DNA of 64,000 nt. Origin: Eledone cirrhosa (lineage: Eukaryota). Below the pieces are notes generated by a model. The model did no database searches, was not told the DNA's origin, and worked only from the letters and a program-made list of their open reading frames with translations. The stretch lies in assembly GCA_964016885.1 (NCBI GenBank), contig OZ024746.1, positions 48,298,001-48,362,000 on the forward strand, given 5' to 3'. Positions 51,125 to 62,819 of the stretch are shown piece by piece (the first letter of the stretch is position 1; every line of letters starts with the position of its first letter). A program made the translations under genes and the position numbers.

Positions 51125-51384
51125 TATACACATCCACATATTGGTCGTTAATGCCTCAAGTATATGGATGTCACAATACCGAGATATTTTCATTTACGAA
51201 TGTGTAAACCATTTCAGCAGTTTAAGATTTATAATAATTGAGCCACAATCAAATGCAGGACCAACATGTATATCACTTATGTATGACTTTTATACTAGTG
51301 TTTGTGTAGGAACGAGTGAATCGGAGGGGTGGGGGTTGGGTCTTGTTGTGTGCTGTACGTAAATTTACTAACAGAATATATGTA

Positions 51385-52669
51385 TGAGGGTCAGATGAAA
51401 AGTTCAAAGGCTGACCAAGATACCCTCACGGAATGTAACCAAATGAGGTTTATTTTCGACGTAGTCTCCCTTGCAGTCCACACACTTTTTCCATCAGTGT
51501 TGCAGTGCTTGTATCCTATATGTGGAGAAGATTTCATCCTGTTGGTAGAAAAAAGTCATCAACAACAGATAGATGTCATTTTCACTGTGACACATGTTCC
51601 CAGCCGAGTGTTTTTGTTTTCATGTTGGGGAACAGATGATAGTCAGATGGGGCCAAATCAGGATAATAGGGAGGGTGATTAACCAGTTGAAAACAACAGT
51701 CACGCACAGGAACCATTGGAATCAAGCATTTCTGTGCTGGAGCATTGTCCTGATGAAACAAGGCACCCTTCGTCAGTTTTCCTGGGCGTTTGGTTTTGAT
51801 AGCCTTTCTTAACTGCCTCAGAAAGTTGGCATAGTACTTTCCGTTGATGGTATAACCCTTTTGAAGATAGTCAATAAACTCATTGCATTTTGCATCCCCA
51901 AAAAACTGAGACCATCATCTTCCCTGCAGGTGAAATGAACTTGGCCTTCTTTGGAGTAGGTGAGGAGGGGTGTTTCCACTGCATAGATTGCCTCTTTGAC
52001 TCTGGCTCAAAATGATGAACCCAACACTTTTACTGGGTTAGGAAACTTTCAAGGAAATAGCTGGATCTGCCTCAAACAATATCAGATTTTCCCGCGATGT
52101 GATCAGCCTGGTACGTTTTTGATTAGGTGTCAGAAGACGTGGGACTCGCCAAGTAGAAACCTTCGTCATGCCAAGTTCATTGTGCAGAATATTCTCAACT
52201 ATCTCACTGGATATGCTAATAGCATTAGCTATTTGATTAATAGTCAATCACCTGTCTTCCATCACCATGTGGCGAACAGGATCAATGTTTTCCTCGGTGG
52301 TGGCAGTTGCAAGACGTCCAGACGTTGGGTCATATTCAAGACTCTCCCTTCTTCTACCAAATTCAGCTGCCCGCTTTTGCAATGTTGTTAAAGCTGCAAC
52401 ATCATCTCCTAATCTAGCAACAATGTCAGCATGAATGTCCTTGGAGGTTAAACCCTTTTTTCTGCAGGTACTTGATAACACAATGATGCCAAATGTTGTC
52501 CATTTCAAGAGACGTCGCTACTAGTAACTTTTGAAGTCTTCTTTCAGTTTACCTGGAAAGGAACAATGCAGTTATTAATAAGAGTTGAAATTGATGCATG
52601 CAAGCAAGATTTCACAGCTCTAGTATCACTCCTTCATAGTCAGCCTATGATCCTTTCAGCACACCCTCA
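51385..52669 (-). mobile_element. Full-length decayed mariner DNA transposon (~1.29 kb)
   Basis: TIRs tgagggtcagatgaaaagttcaaaggctgac / tgagggtgtgctgaaaggatcataggctgac, flanked by TA. Fragments encode SGR, the WVPR-like RVPRLLT, FHQDNAP, HPPYYPDLAPSDYHLFP and WKKCVDCKGDY. Many stops and frameshifts. Confidence 0.92.
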
Positions 52670-52718
52670 TATATATATACATATATATATATACATATAT
52701 ATACATATATATATATAC

Positions 52719-52749
<31 letters not shown>

Positions 52750-52750
52750 A

Positions 52751-53940
52751 GTGAAGCCACATGCGCCGACTGTGCATTGTTGCATAATAAATGCGGACAG
52801 TGGGTGGTGTGCACTCTATTGCTACATTAAGTGTGACCGAAACTCGAGTACGGGAATAATTGAAAGTATCCATTTACGTGCGTTGTATTGAAGCGAATAC
52901 ATTTTTTTTTTTTTTACTTCAACATAAATTTTTATTTTTATTTTATTTTTTTAAAACACTTTAGTCTTTATTGTGTTGTATCAGATGAAAGAATGGTATT
53001 TAACTAATCTATTGGTACGCGATGGGGCCCACCCACCGCCCCGGCGGACAGAATGGAGAAGGCGTTTCCCCGGAGGGCGGCGAGGGAGACGCGCTGGAAA
53101 AGCCACTCCAACTCGCGGGGCTCACACCTGCGGCTGGCCAGCTCAGCGCCTATGGTGGTGAGTAAGAAGGTAGCCCTGGGACCGAGGACACCAGCCAGGG
53201 GAACGACTGCAAACCTGTCGGAGAGCGACCGGTATTTGAGGAGTTTGGCCCCCTCAGCCCGACGTGCAGCAGAACCTGGGTCAGTCGCAGACTGCACCAG
53301 GTTGCGGCTGCAGAAAGTGTCGGTGCAAGTGGCATCCCAGACGAGGGGTTTGCCACCGCGGAACGGGAAGATGGTCATGCCATCTGGCCTTTTTGCCGTC
53401 CCCTCGATCCAGCCCCACCGGCTCGAGGTGTGAAGGGAAGCCTGCAGCGTCCAAGCCATGCTTAATGACCTCATTGAGGGCAGCATGGTGTGGAAAGCGG
53501 CCGGTACTGTGGCGACAGGAAAGCGGGTGGAGGCCGAAAGAGTCCACGGTGGAACCGCAGCGACATTGGTGTGGCTGGCAGATCTGGAGGCCGAGCCTCA
53601 GTGAAACGCCGATTCGCAGGCTATGGATGTCTAGCTGCGTGCCAGTGGAGAAGGAGGGCAGGGCATGGAGCCAGGCACCACTGTGGTGTTTGGAGGCCGC
53701 ACGAAAACAAGCAAGGCGGTGCTGGTCGAGCTGGCGCGTGAGCCTGTCTGAGGCCAGGCTGCACTGGATGGCATCCCAAGTGCGTTGGGGGGACTTGAGG
53801 TCAACAGGGGGAGAAGGAGGAGGGACGTCTACTGGGCTAAGTCCCAGCCGGTCCCACGTCTCACAGGCGGCCTCACGTTCTCTGAACACATGTGTCTACT
53901 CTTGGAGTTTATTTAAAATGACCTATTGAGTACACTGAGA
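52751..53940 (-). mobile_element. CRE-clade non-LTR retrotransposon 3' part (CCHC knuckle plus restriction-like endonuclease), frameshifted
   Basis: SGAWLHALP, LRLG, CRCG..HPLSC, HAALN, EP..KRPDG..WDATCTDT, KLLKY, FQRVSLAALRGNA across ORFs 53281-53889 and 53004-53486. Confidence 0.88.
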
Positions 53941-53944
53941 TGCA

Positions 53945-53992
53945 ACCGGTCCTATCAGTGAAACCCATGCTAGTTCCGCCAACTTATATATG

Positions 53993-54030
<38 letters not shown>

Positions 54031-54067
54031 TTGGCGGAACTAGCATGGGTTTCACTGATAGGACCGG

Positions 54068-54068
<1 letters not shown>
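53945..54068. repeat. Perfect ~41 bp inverted repeat with (TA)n spacer
   Basis: accggtcctatcagtgaaacccatgctagttccgccaactt-(TA)n-aagttggcggaactagcatgggtttcactgataggaccggt. Confidence 0.93.
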
Positions 54069-54112
<44 letters not shown>

Positions 54113-54358
54113 ATACTTTGGGAGGGTCATGTTGCCAATAAGAAACACACGCACCAGTTGCTTTCACTTCAATTTATTATAATAAATTTATAATAAATTT
54201 ATAAATTTATAAATTTATTATAAATTTATTATAATAAATTGAAGTGAAAGCAACTTGTGCGTGTGTTTCTTATTGGCAACATGACCCTCCCAAAGTATAA
54301 CAATATCGGTTTCAACACACGATTTCAGATAAAGAATCTTGCTAAACAACTTCAGAAA

Positions 54359-54432
<74 letters not shown>

Positions 54433-54667
54433 TTCGTTTCTGAATTTGTTTAGCAAGATTCTTTATCTGAAATCGTGTGTTGAAACCGATATTGTTATAC
54501 TTTGGGAGGGTCATGTTGCCAATAAGAAACACACGCACCAGTTGCTTTCACTTCAATTTATTATAATAAATTTATAATAAATTTATAATAAATTTATAAT
54601 AAATTTATAAATTTATAAATTTCTGGTTGGTTGGTTGGTTCCACAACCAGATAGTTGTTTATATATT

Positions 54668-54710
54668 GTCATAGTTCTTTCGTCACACACCCTGTGACCT
54701 CTTCAGTGAC
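54668..54710 (-). ncRNA. Type I minimal hammerhead (P2 pLTR)
   Basis: gtca-CTGAAGA-g-gtcaca(gggtg)tgtgac-GAAA-gaac-TA^tgac. Confidence 0.85.
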
Positions 54711-56394
54711 TATGGGATTCCTTTCTTTGTTTCTGTGCCTCTCCTTTGTTCTGTCCTACGCTATTTTGTTTCTGTGTGTGTGTTGTGTGCTCAGTCTGCG
54801 CATGCGCCACATCCGGGTGTCTGTGTGTGTTTATGTTCATTTATTTATTTGTTTATCTACATGTTACTGGTTGGTTGTTTGTTCTATGTGTGTGTTTTCA
54901 TTTTGTCCTTAATTGTAAGTTGTGATGTTGCTGTTCCACTCATATTTTCTATTTAATTTTGGTTGTAATTCTTTTATGTTTATTGCCTCTGTGATTTGTC
55001 TAAACATTGCGTCTTTTCTGTGTGTAGATTCTATTTTTATTTCTATGTTCTCTAATTTACCCTTGTGTTCTATTTTAGCATGTTGGTAGAGTACAGATGA
55101 TTCTTTACTATCTTGAAGGTCTCGCCAGTGTTCATTTATCCGTTCCCCTACACTACGAGCTGTCTCACCTATGTACACTATATTTTTGTCTCTACATTGT
55201 CCTTCAGTACATCTTATGCTATACACTACATTTCTAGTTTTACAGTTAATATGGGGGCTTATTTTACAGGTTATACATTTCTTATCTATACATGAGGGTC
55301 TTTGAAAAGGGTATGTCTTGCTAATAAGTGTTTTTACGGAGGTACCTGGTCTTTCTACTATCTTAATATTGAGTTTATGTTTATCTAGGGCCCTTCTAAA
55401 TTTGTAAGCTAATTCACCTCTAGGGGTTGTATCGATGAACATTACACTCTGGTATTTATTGCTATCATACCATGAGTTTATTCTATTAGTCTTGTTCCTA
55501 GTTCTTTCTATTCTATTCCAAAATTTGCTCCTATACAAGGGGCAGGTCCCATTTATGTCATTATTTACCATTTTTTCCCATTTGGTTCTGGCTCCTCTAC
55601 ACACTCTGATTTTATCTCTCTGATTGTAGCCAGAGAACTGCATCCGGTGGATGAAGTGTTGTATGTGTCTCTCTAGTTCTTCGGGGTTGCACATGCGGGA
55701 CACGTTTCTCATCACCCGTACCAAATCCGCAATCAGTATGTTGATTTTGGTATGGTCCGAAACGGCCGAGTTTCGGTGGATCAGATGTTTGGAAGTCATG
55801 GGTTTGGCATAATGGGAATGGAGGATTTGTTTTTTGTTATTAATGGTATCTAACCAGAGCTCTGTGTCTAGTACAGGTAATCGATGGTTGGGGTGTCTAC
55901 TTGGGTAGTCTATAGTAACTGTAATGCTCTGGTGGATGGAGTTTGCTATTTGCTGGATGCTTTCCATTGTGTTTTTCTCTAGTTCCTGACTGTTCTCTAG
56001 TGGGGGTGTCTTAACTACAATGTTTATATCATCAACGTAGCGGGAGTACATTATCAGGGTTAAGGGGTCTTCTAATTGTTCTTTAAGTTTAAGTTTAAGT
56101 CTACTGTCTCACCATACCATGAATAAGTTAGCTATGTCGCCTGCAATGCTAACACCAATGGCTGCTCCTTCCTCTTGGGCATATGTTTTTCCATTAAATT
56201 TGAACATATGTTCCTTAAGGGTTAGTTTTATGCTGGCCCCCACCGCATGTGCAATCATTTTCTTCAGTTCATCGTGGTTTTCGGGTGTCCGTATGGCTCT
56301 GGTCCACCCGTTCCATCTATCTAACACACACACAGAAACAAAATGGCGTAGGAAGAACAAAGGAGAGGCATAGAAACAAAGAAAGGAATCCCCA

Positions 56395-56437
56395 GTCACT
56401 GAAGAGGTCACAGAGTGTGTGACGAAAGAACTATGAC
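56395..56437 (+). ncRNA. Type I minimal hammerhead (inverted P2 pLTR)
   Basis: gtca-CTGAAGA-g-gtcaca(gagtg)tgtgac-GAAA-gaac-TA^tgac. Confidence 0.85.
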
Positions 56438-56598
56438 AATATATAAACAACTACCTGGTTGTGGAACCAACCAACCAACCAGAAATTTATAAATTTATAA
56501 ATTTATTATAAATTTATTATAATAAATTGAAGTGAAAGCGACTGGTGCGTGTGTTTCTTATTGGCAACATGACCCTCCCAAAGTATAACAATATGTAA

Positions 56599-56833
<235 letters not shown>

Positions 56834-56929
56834 TATATATATACATATATATATATATATGTGTGTATATATATATATATATTTATTTATTTATTTATAT
56901 GGTTCCTTCGTTTGCTCGTACTGTTTGAT

Positions 56930-56931
56930 AA

Positions 56932-56986
<55 letters not shown>

Positions 56987-57281
56987 ATATAAAGGGAAGG
57001 TGGTGGTGGTGGCTGCGACGGTAAGTAATGGATGTACAAAGTATTTCTTCTATATATTTATGTTATGGGCTTTATAGCATCACTAGAACATCAACGCATG
57101 GGGAAGCATCATTACGCTGTCTGTGTTTTTACGCTCTGGATAAACATACCCGAACAGTACTCTATTTCTTACCATTTACGGATAACGCATACGCTTGTTC
57201 TGTCCTCGCTCGATATTATTTATAAACTCTACTCTACCTCCAACCCCACCATCATTGTCAGCATCGTTCTTCTCATCTCTC

Positions 57282-57332
<51 letters not shown>

Positions 57333-57566
57333 CTCTTCTCCTCCTCTCTTTACCTTACTCTTAATTTGTCTATAATCCTCTCTTTATATCTATCTTTCAT
57401 TCATATGTTCTCCCTTTCTTTTTATTTTTTTAATACTTTTTCTTATTCATTGAGACCGTGCTGTCATATGACCTTAGCCGTCATGGCTAAGACAAACTAT
57501 TATACTTTCTTTCAAACTTCTCTCTATCTCTCTCACACACTCTCTCTCTCTCTTCTATCTCTTTCA

Positions 57567-57604
<38 letters not shown>

Positions 57605-57630
57605 TCTCTCTCTCTCTTCTATATCTTTCA

Positions 57631-57711
<81 letters not shown>

Positions 57712-57738
57712 CTCTCTCTCTCTCTTCTATCTCTTTCA

Positions 57739-57797
<59 letters not shown>

Positions 57798-58210
57798 CTC
57801 TCTTCTATCTCTTTCAAACTTCTCTCTCTCTCTCACTGTCTCGCTCTCTCTGTCTCCTCTCTTTCTCTCTCCCTCTTCTTATTTCTTATTGTATTCTTCC
57901 ATCTTTCTTCTTCCCTATAACTTTTCTTTACTATCTCTTCATATCCCACTTCCTCTGCTTTCTATCGAGGTTCTCCTCGCTCTCTGTCTCTTCTTTTCTC
58001 TCTCTCTCTCCCTCTCTTTCTCTCACTCTCTCTTACCTTTACTCTAATGCTTAACTACAGCTTCCTCCTTCTCCATCCATGATAGTTGCAACTCTTACCT
58101 TTCCTCTTAAACTGTTACCTTTCTATTCGCGTATCTCCCCCCCCCTCTCCCTCACTCTCTCACTCTCTCTCTCTCTCTGTCTCTCACTCTTTCTCTCTCT
58201 TTCTCTTTCT
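56930..58210. repeat. Simple repeats: (AAAT)n, (TCTA)n, and (CT)n with a recurring ttctatctctttcaaactt spacer
   Basis: Directly visible; source of the ERERER/SLSLSL ORFs. Confidence 0.92.
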
Positions 58211-58445
58211 TCGTTTTACTACCACGACTCACCCTCTACTCGTTACCTTCGTTATTTCTTTCGTTCAGTCTTATACACAACATCCATCATACACACATGC
58301 AAATACACATTTAATACACACATACACACACATCAAGTCAAAAATATATATACTGGGCTAAGTGTATACATACATGCAAATACATATTTAATACGCACAT
58401 ATACACAAGCACACACATAAATATATATATGTTTGTGTGTATATA

Positions 58446-58777
58446 CAGTGTACTCCCCTGCATTCGCGGTCACAGTTATTCGCGGAATTTTCTTTAGAGA
58501 ACCTAACTAATAATTGTTCGTAGAAACCACCCCACATACGCGGAATCATAAACATCTTCCGCGACTTTTTAACGGCTTTTTTCGTAAGGATATATATATT
58601 TTTTAAGCTTTTCAACGCTAAATTATTAATAACAATATACCGTATTTGTCGGCATATAATTTACGTTATGTTTTGACGTTTATAGGCATTTTTATGGACC
58701 ACGTCCAATATTCGCGGGTTTCCACTCTTCACGGGTGCTATATGAACGTACCCCCCTCGAATACCGGGGGATAACTA
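58446..58777. mobile_element. pogo/Tigger-like MITE, degenerate
   Basis: Left end ta-cagtgtactcccctgcattcgcgg; right end reverse complement tagttatcccccggtattcgagggg; internal tattcgcgg repeats; TA flanks. Confidence 0.65.
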
Positions 58778-58872
58778 TATATATATATTGGTTTTCCAAA
58801 ACCCAAGCATACAACCCCGCTCTCCCACAGACTCTCACACTTACATCCACGCATACACACACACGCGTACAC

Positions 58873-58907
<35 letters not shown>

Positions 58908-59039
58908 ACCTTCCACCCTCCCCGCTCGGACCCCTTTTTTCACCCCCCCCCCCCCCATCCATCCACCCACCGCCTCTACGCGCCTCATATCATTTCATCA
59001 CTGTTTTAAACTTTTATTTTCCAACTCATGTGTTATTTT

Positions 59040-59224
59040 TATTTTTATTCCCCTCCCCCCACTAACTACCCTTTCATGCCCTCTCGGAGTTTCCCCTCCT
59101 CCTTCTCCTTCCCACCACTCTTCTGATGAAGGGCTTATGCCCGAAATGTCACACCCACAGCCTCCCACTCTCAATAAGCGTGAACCTTTCGTAATTTGTA
59201 CTCCCGGTTGTTTTTTACTTCCCC

Positions 59225-59225
<1 letters not shown>
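59040..59225 (+). mobile_element. Short element family C with hammerhead-like core
   Basis: CTGATGA-a-gggc(ttat)gccc-GAAA-tgtc at 59123-59150; homologous to 45040-45295. Confidence 0.5.
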
Positions 59226-59254
<29 letters not shown>

Positions 59255-59256
<2 letters not shown>

Positions 59257-59373
59257 GGAACCAGTAAGACCCCCAGTGGGGTCTTACTGGTTCCTATTAC
59301 CCACTCCACTACCCTAAGTATTGAGTACTTTGGTGCGTTATGGTCCACCTGGTTCCTTACCACATTTCCTTCG

Positions 59374-59375
<2 letters not shown>
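59255..59375 (+). mobile_element. Family A element with terminal hairpin
   Basis: taggaaccagtaagacccc-cagt-ggggtcttactggttccta, then the family A body. Confidence 0.85.
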
Positions 59376-59440
<65 letters not shown>

Positions 59441-59444
<4 letters not shown>

Positions 59445-59738
59445 GGAGGTGAGTTTTATTGTAGTACAATAAAGCAATGCAGATATCGGATAAGAAGCAC
59501 TCTACAATTTGTAGGACTGGAGTATAAATAATATATAAGATCAAAAGATGGTTAAAAGAGTTCCATGTATTTTATTATGCGCATTTCAAAAACAAATATC
59601 ATCATGCAATAAAATTTGTTTTAACCTTCATATCATGTCTCCCTATTTTATCTGACGAAAACGCAAATGTTATTGCATGATGATATTTGTTTTTGAAATG
59701 CGCATAATAAAATACATGGAACTCTTTTAACCATCTTT

Positions 59739-59745
<7 letters not shown>
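59441..59745. mobile_element. Family B pLTR (same as 4198-4411): minus-strand terminus plus an inverted copy carrying a full hammerhead
   Basis: 59441-59612 is the reverse complement of about 4243-4411; 59625-59745 matches 4198-4320. Confidence 0.87.
59644..59714 (+). ncRNA. Type I minimal hammerhead (family B)
   Basis: tattttat-CTGACGA-stem II-GAAA-tgcgca-TA^ataaaata. Confidence 0.85.
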
Positions 59746-59796
<51 letters not shown>

Positions 59797-59843
59797 AATG
59801 AATAATAACAGGTAGACATCATAAAAAGGTAGTTTATTCCGTG

Positions 59844-59955
59844 TGCTTACAAGTGTTTCCACGGTGGTACTGCAGCCTAGTTCCGCTACGTGCAAATTCA
59901 CAAGTATTTGCAGAACTCGAATATCCAATGCTGTGACCACTGTTTCCTCAGAGCA
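59844..59955 (-). ncRNA. Type I hammerhead with very long stem II
   Basis: tgct-CTGAGGA-a.acagtggt..cagc..agttctgc..tgcaaat/atttgca..gcggaact..gctg..accaccgt.g-GAAAC-actt-GTA^agca; AATAAA follows about 5 nt later. Confidence 0.75.
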
Positions 59956-60450
59956 GAATGGTAAATATACAATGTAAAAACCCTTAAGTGGGGTTGTTGG
60001 GGAAGATAGAGTGGAACAGGAAGAGAGAAAAGTAGGGAAGATGGAGAGAGAAGGAAAGATATGCAGGGGTTGGAGAAGTAGGAGAGAGCGGCTTGTAGAT
60101 ATCTTAATCAAAATGTTATGGTAGGGGTTTTATTAGTTACTTTTGGAGAGATGCGTAGATAGTTGAGGTCGGAATTATTTATTGCCCCAGAGGTCAGGTT
60201 CATAGATGTTGAGAGGGAGGTAGGTCAAAGGTGGGAGAGAGAGAGAGTGTAATGGATGTAGAGAGAGATATATAGGTAGAGAGGGGACAGATAAAGTATA
60301 TGTGGTGAGTGAACTTTTGGTTTTGTAGTAGTAATCTAGGAATTGTACTGAGTTGCCATGTATAGTGATAAGCAGTGTATTGTCTTGTAGTGTGGGGGAG
60401 AAGAGAAGGTTGTTAGCTAGAAAGTGGTGTTGTAGTTACGGGTTCGAATG

Positions 60451-62570
60451 TTAAGTTATTTTATAGTGAGAGAATTTAGCTTTTAGTTTGTGGTTGCAGT
60501 ATAATGATCGTTCAATTCTATCGTTAAGTAGTTTGTTTTTGGATTTTAGTATGTAAAATAGCTCAAGGTTACATAACCTGCAGTACTTCAAACCACTCCG
60601 ATATGCATTTGCGCTGGAAAGTATATCCCATTTTAAGGTGAACTGTTGGTTGTGTTCACGGAGTTGCCAGGTCTTGTTGGCGAGCGTGGTCACAAAACGG
60701 TGATTCTGATGTTTGATTGAGAATCGATGACGGTACCAGCGAGATTTAAACGATGTGGTGGTAGATCCGATATAATACCATTTCTGGTCGTCCGATTCAA
60801 CCGTGCATTGGTAAACAATGTTGGACTTTAGGCATTCATTCTGCAATGGACATCTTTCAGGTAGATGGCAGTTACATGCTTTGTTGTGGGTAGCGGGTAT
60901 ACCATGGATAGGTTGTGATAGCGGTACAGGTGGATTGTGCAATACCCGTCTCCCATTTAGTGGTTGGGAGGCAGATATTGCGTTCTGCCCATCTGTTACT
61001 AAAATGTTTTGTTTTGTAGAGTTGTTTAATTGCCTTAAGTTAAGTTTTTTTATGTATGCTTCAAGGTTTGGTGCCGTGGAGTATGATAGTCTAATAGTTT
61101 TGGAGTTCAGAATTTTGCTGTACTTATGGGAACTAGGGAAGTGTTTATTGATTAATTTAAAGAATGAAAGAGATAGTTTTGTACTAATCGAGGCATTAAA
61201 AATAGGATTATACCAGATATACTTTCTACAACGTGATTTATTTGGTGGTGATCTTCTATTATTAGTATGTCTGGTAGTATAGTGTGTGTGTGCTTGTGTT
61301 TTAGTTCCCCGGTTACGTATACCTTGATTACGTGTAGAGCTATGTGTGTTGTGGAAATTACTATCGATGTATTCCATTGTATCCCGGTGGTCAACATTCC
61401 TTAATGCATTATTGTAGTATTCAGCATGTTCGCTAAAAATATCAGAGTTAGACGATAGGCGAGAGATTCTAAGAGAAATATTCCGGGGAACTGATTTGAT
61501 CATGGAGAGTGGGTGGTTAGAGTTAAAGTCAATATACGTAAGGTTCTCATTTACCTTGTGGAAGGGTCGTATCTGTCCGGTATTTAAATTAAGAGTTACG
61601 TCCAGAAAGTTAACTACCTTAAGATTGTATTCGTATGTTATTTTTAGGCCCAGTTCACTAAAAGATTTTCTAATATTTTTCCGTAGCCTTTCAAGATTTT
61701 GGTTATTCATGTTATTAACTAATAAGAGCCCGTCATCTCTATATATCCCCCCCTGTAGATTACTAAATCTACTATGTAATATGTGGGCTATGTAAATTCC
61801 CACGAGATCCGTGACCTCCGCCGAGTCGTTGGAACCCATGGTAATATCGAAATTTGTGGGTCTGTCCTTACGTTCCCAGTAGCAGTTATCGAACTTAATA
61901 ATGGTTTTTCTAGCCTCGAGAATAATATTAATTTCGTCCTCCGTTAGGTCGGAATTGGCCTTAGCAAACGATAGGGCCTTACGTAAAGTGCTTGGTGAGA
62001 TGGAAGAGTAGTATTCGTCTATGTCAAATTGTATAAACTTAGATTTATTCTTATTCTTAACATTATTAAACCAGCGAATTGCTTCGCTAGTGTTGCCCCA
62101 TAATTTAATTCCAATTTTCTTTTTCACTTGAGTTATTACTCTGTCAAGTATATGTTTACTAATTTTCCCTATGTCTGATTTAGAAGGGCATATAAGTCTA
62201 ATCTTAGGGTTAGAGTCAAAATTTACCTTATGGTCCTTCAGGTTAAAGGTGGGGGTAGCGGGTATAATCGGCTCGGTTCTATCGTCTATCTTGAGATTCT
62301 TTACCACTTTGTATGCATCGTTGTTAATATTTGCTAGCGTAGTTTCATTTGTTTTTCTATATTTTTTGTGTAGTTCGTTGCGTATGAAGTTATTATACGT
62401 ATCGATATCCATGGTATACACGTTAGAAGTCTTGTCAGCTTTCACAACAATTCCATTGGTATTTTGCAATCTTCGGAGTAGTGCTTTCATGTTGTTCTGC
62501 AGCTCATTATTTCTATGTCTGTTGAACTTAATGTTCATGGTAGTTTTCAATAAGTCCTGTTCGAAAACTT
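60451..62570 (-). CDS. PLE reverse transcriptase plus C-terminal GIY-YIG endonuclease (~706 codons, no native start)
   Basis: KADKT, KDHK, RLICPSKSDIG, QFDIDEYYSSI, MGSNDSAEVTDLVG, IYRDDGL, NFLDVTL, SNHP, IWYNPIF, CNC..CPL..C, NIVY..YIGST..FKSRWYRH, CRLC. Confidence 0.92.
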
Positions 62571-62776
62571 CGTTTCTGAATTTGTTTAGCAAGATTCTTT
62601 ATCTGAAAAGGTGTGTTGAAACCGATATTGTTATACTTTGGGAGGGTCATGTTGCCACTAAGTAACACACACACCACTTGCTTTCACTTCAATTTATTAT
62701 AAATTAAATTTATAGATTTAGGGATTTATAAATTTCCGGTTGGTTGGTTCCACAACCAGACGATTATTCATATATT

Positions 62777-62819
62777 GTCAAAGTTCTTTCGTCACACATT
62801 CTGTGACCTCATCAGTGAC
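62777..62819 (-). ncRNA. Type I minimal hammerhead (P2)
   Basis: gtca-CTGATGA-g-gtcaca(gaatg)tgtgac-GAAA-gaac-TT^tgac. Confidence 0.85.

Larger units (their letters stand above)
54107..56594 (-). mobile_element. Penelope-like element family P2: 5'-truncated RT-GIY-YIG ORF, 3' pLTR with hammerhead, inverted pLTR at the 5' end, extra inverted termini at the 3' end
   Basis: Frame about 56320-54909: QEEGAAIG, YSRYVDD, LPVLD, CIDKKCITC, NVVY..YIGETARS..RINEH, RQITEA, LNRKYEW, with one in-frame TGA at 56109. Inverted copy at 56322-56594; terminus repeats at 54107-54190 and 54218-54360. Confidence 0.92.
59793..62570 (-). mobile_element. Penelope-like element family P1 (CNC-type linker; possibly Nematis-related), 5'-truncated, uninterrupted RT plus GIY-YIG frame
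   Basis: Element body plus ~650 bp 3'UTR containing an HHR and AATAAA, ending in (TA)n. Confidence 0.9.

Noticed and set aside
53925-53975. actga..tcagt-GAAAC-ccatg as a hammerhead
   Set aside because: No CUGANGA box and no UH cleavage triplet.
56109-56111. In-frame TGA in the P2 PLE ORF as possible selenocysteine (as in some Naiad PLEs)
   Set aside because: Context FMVW*D suggests TGG-to-TGA decay of Trp, not a Cys position; the element has a C-terminal EN, unlike Naiads; no SECIS recognised.
57195-58420. SL/ER-rich ORFs
   Set aside because: Translations of (CT)n and (TCTA)n simple repeats.
62571-62592. TTG start of the 713-aa ORF
   Set aside because: These bases belong to the P2 terminus also seen at 54433-54455; not a native P1 start.
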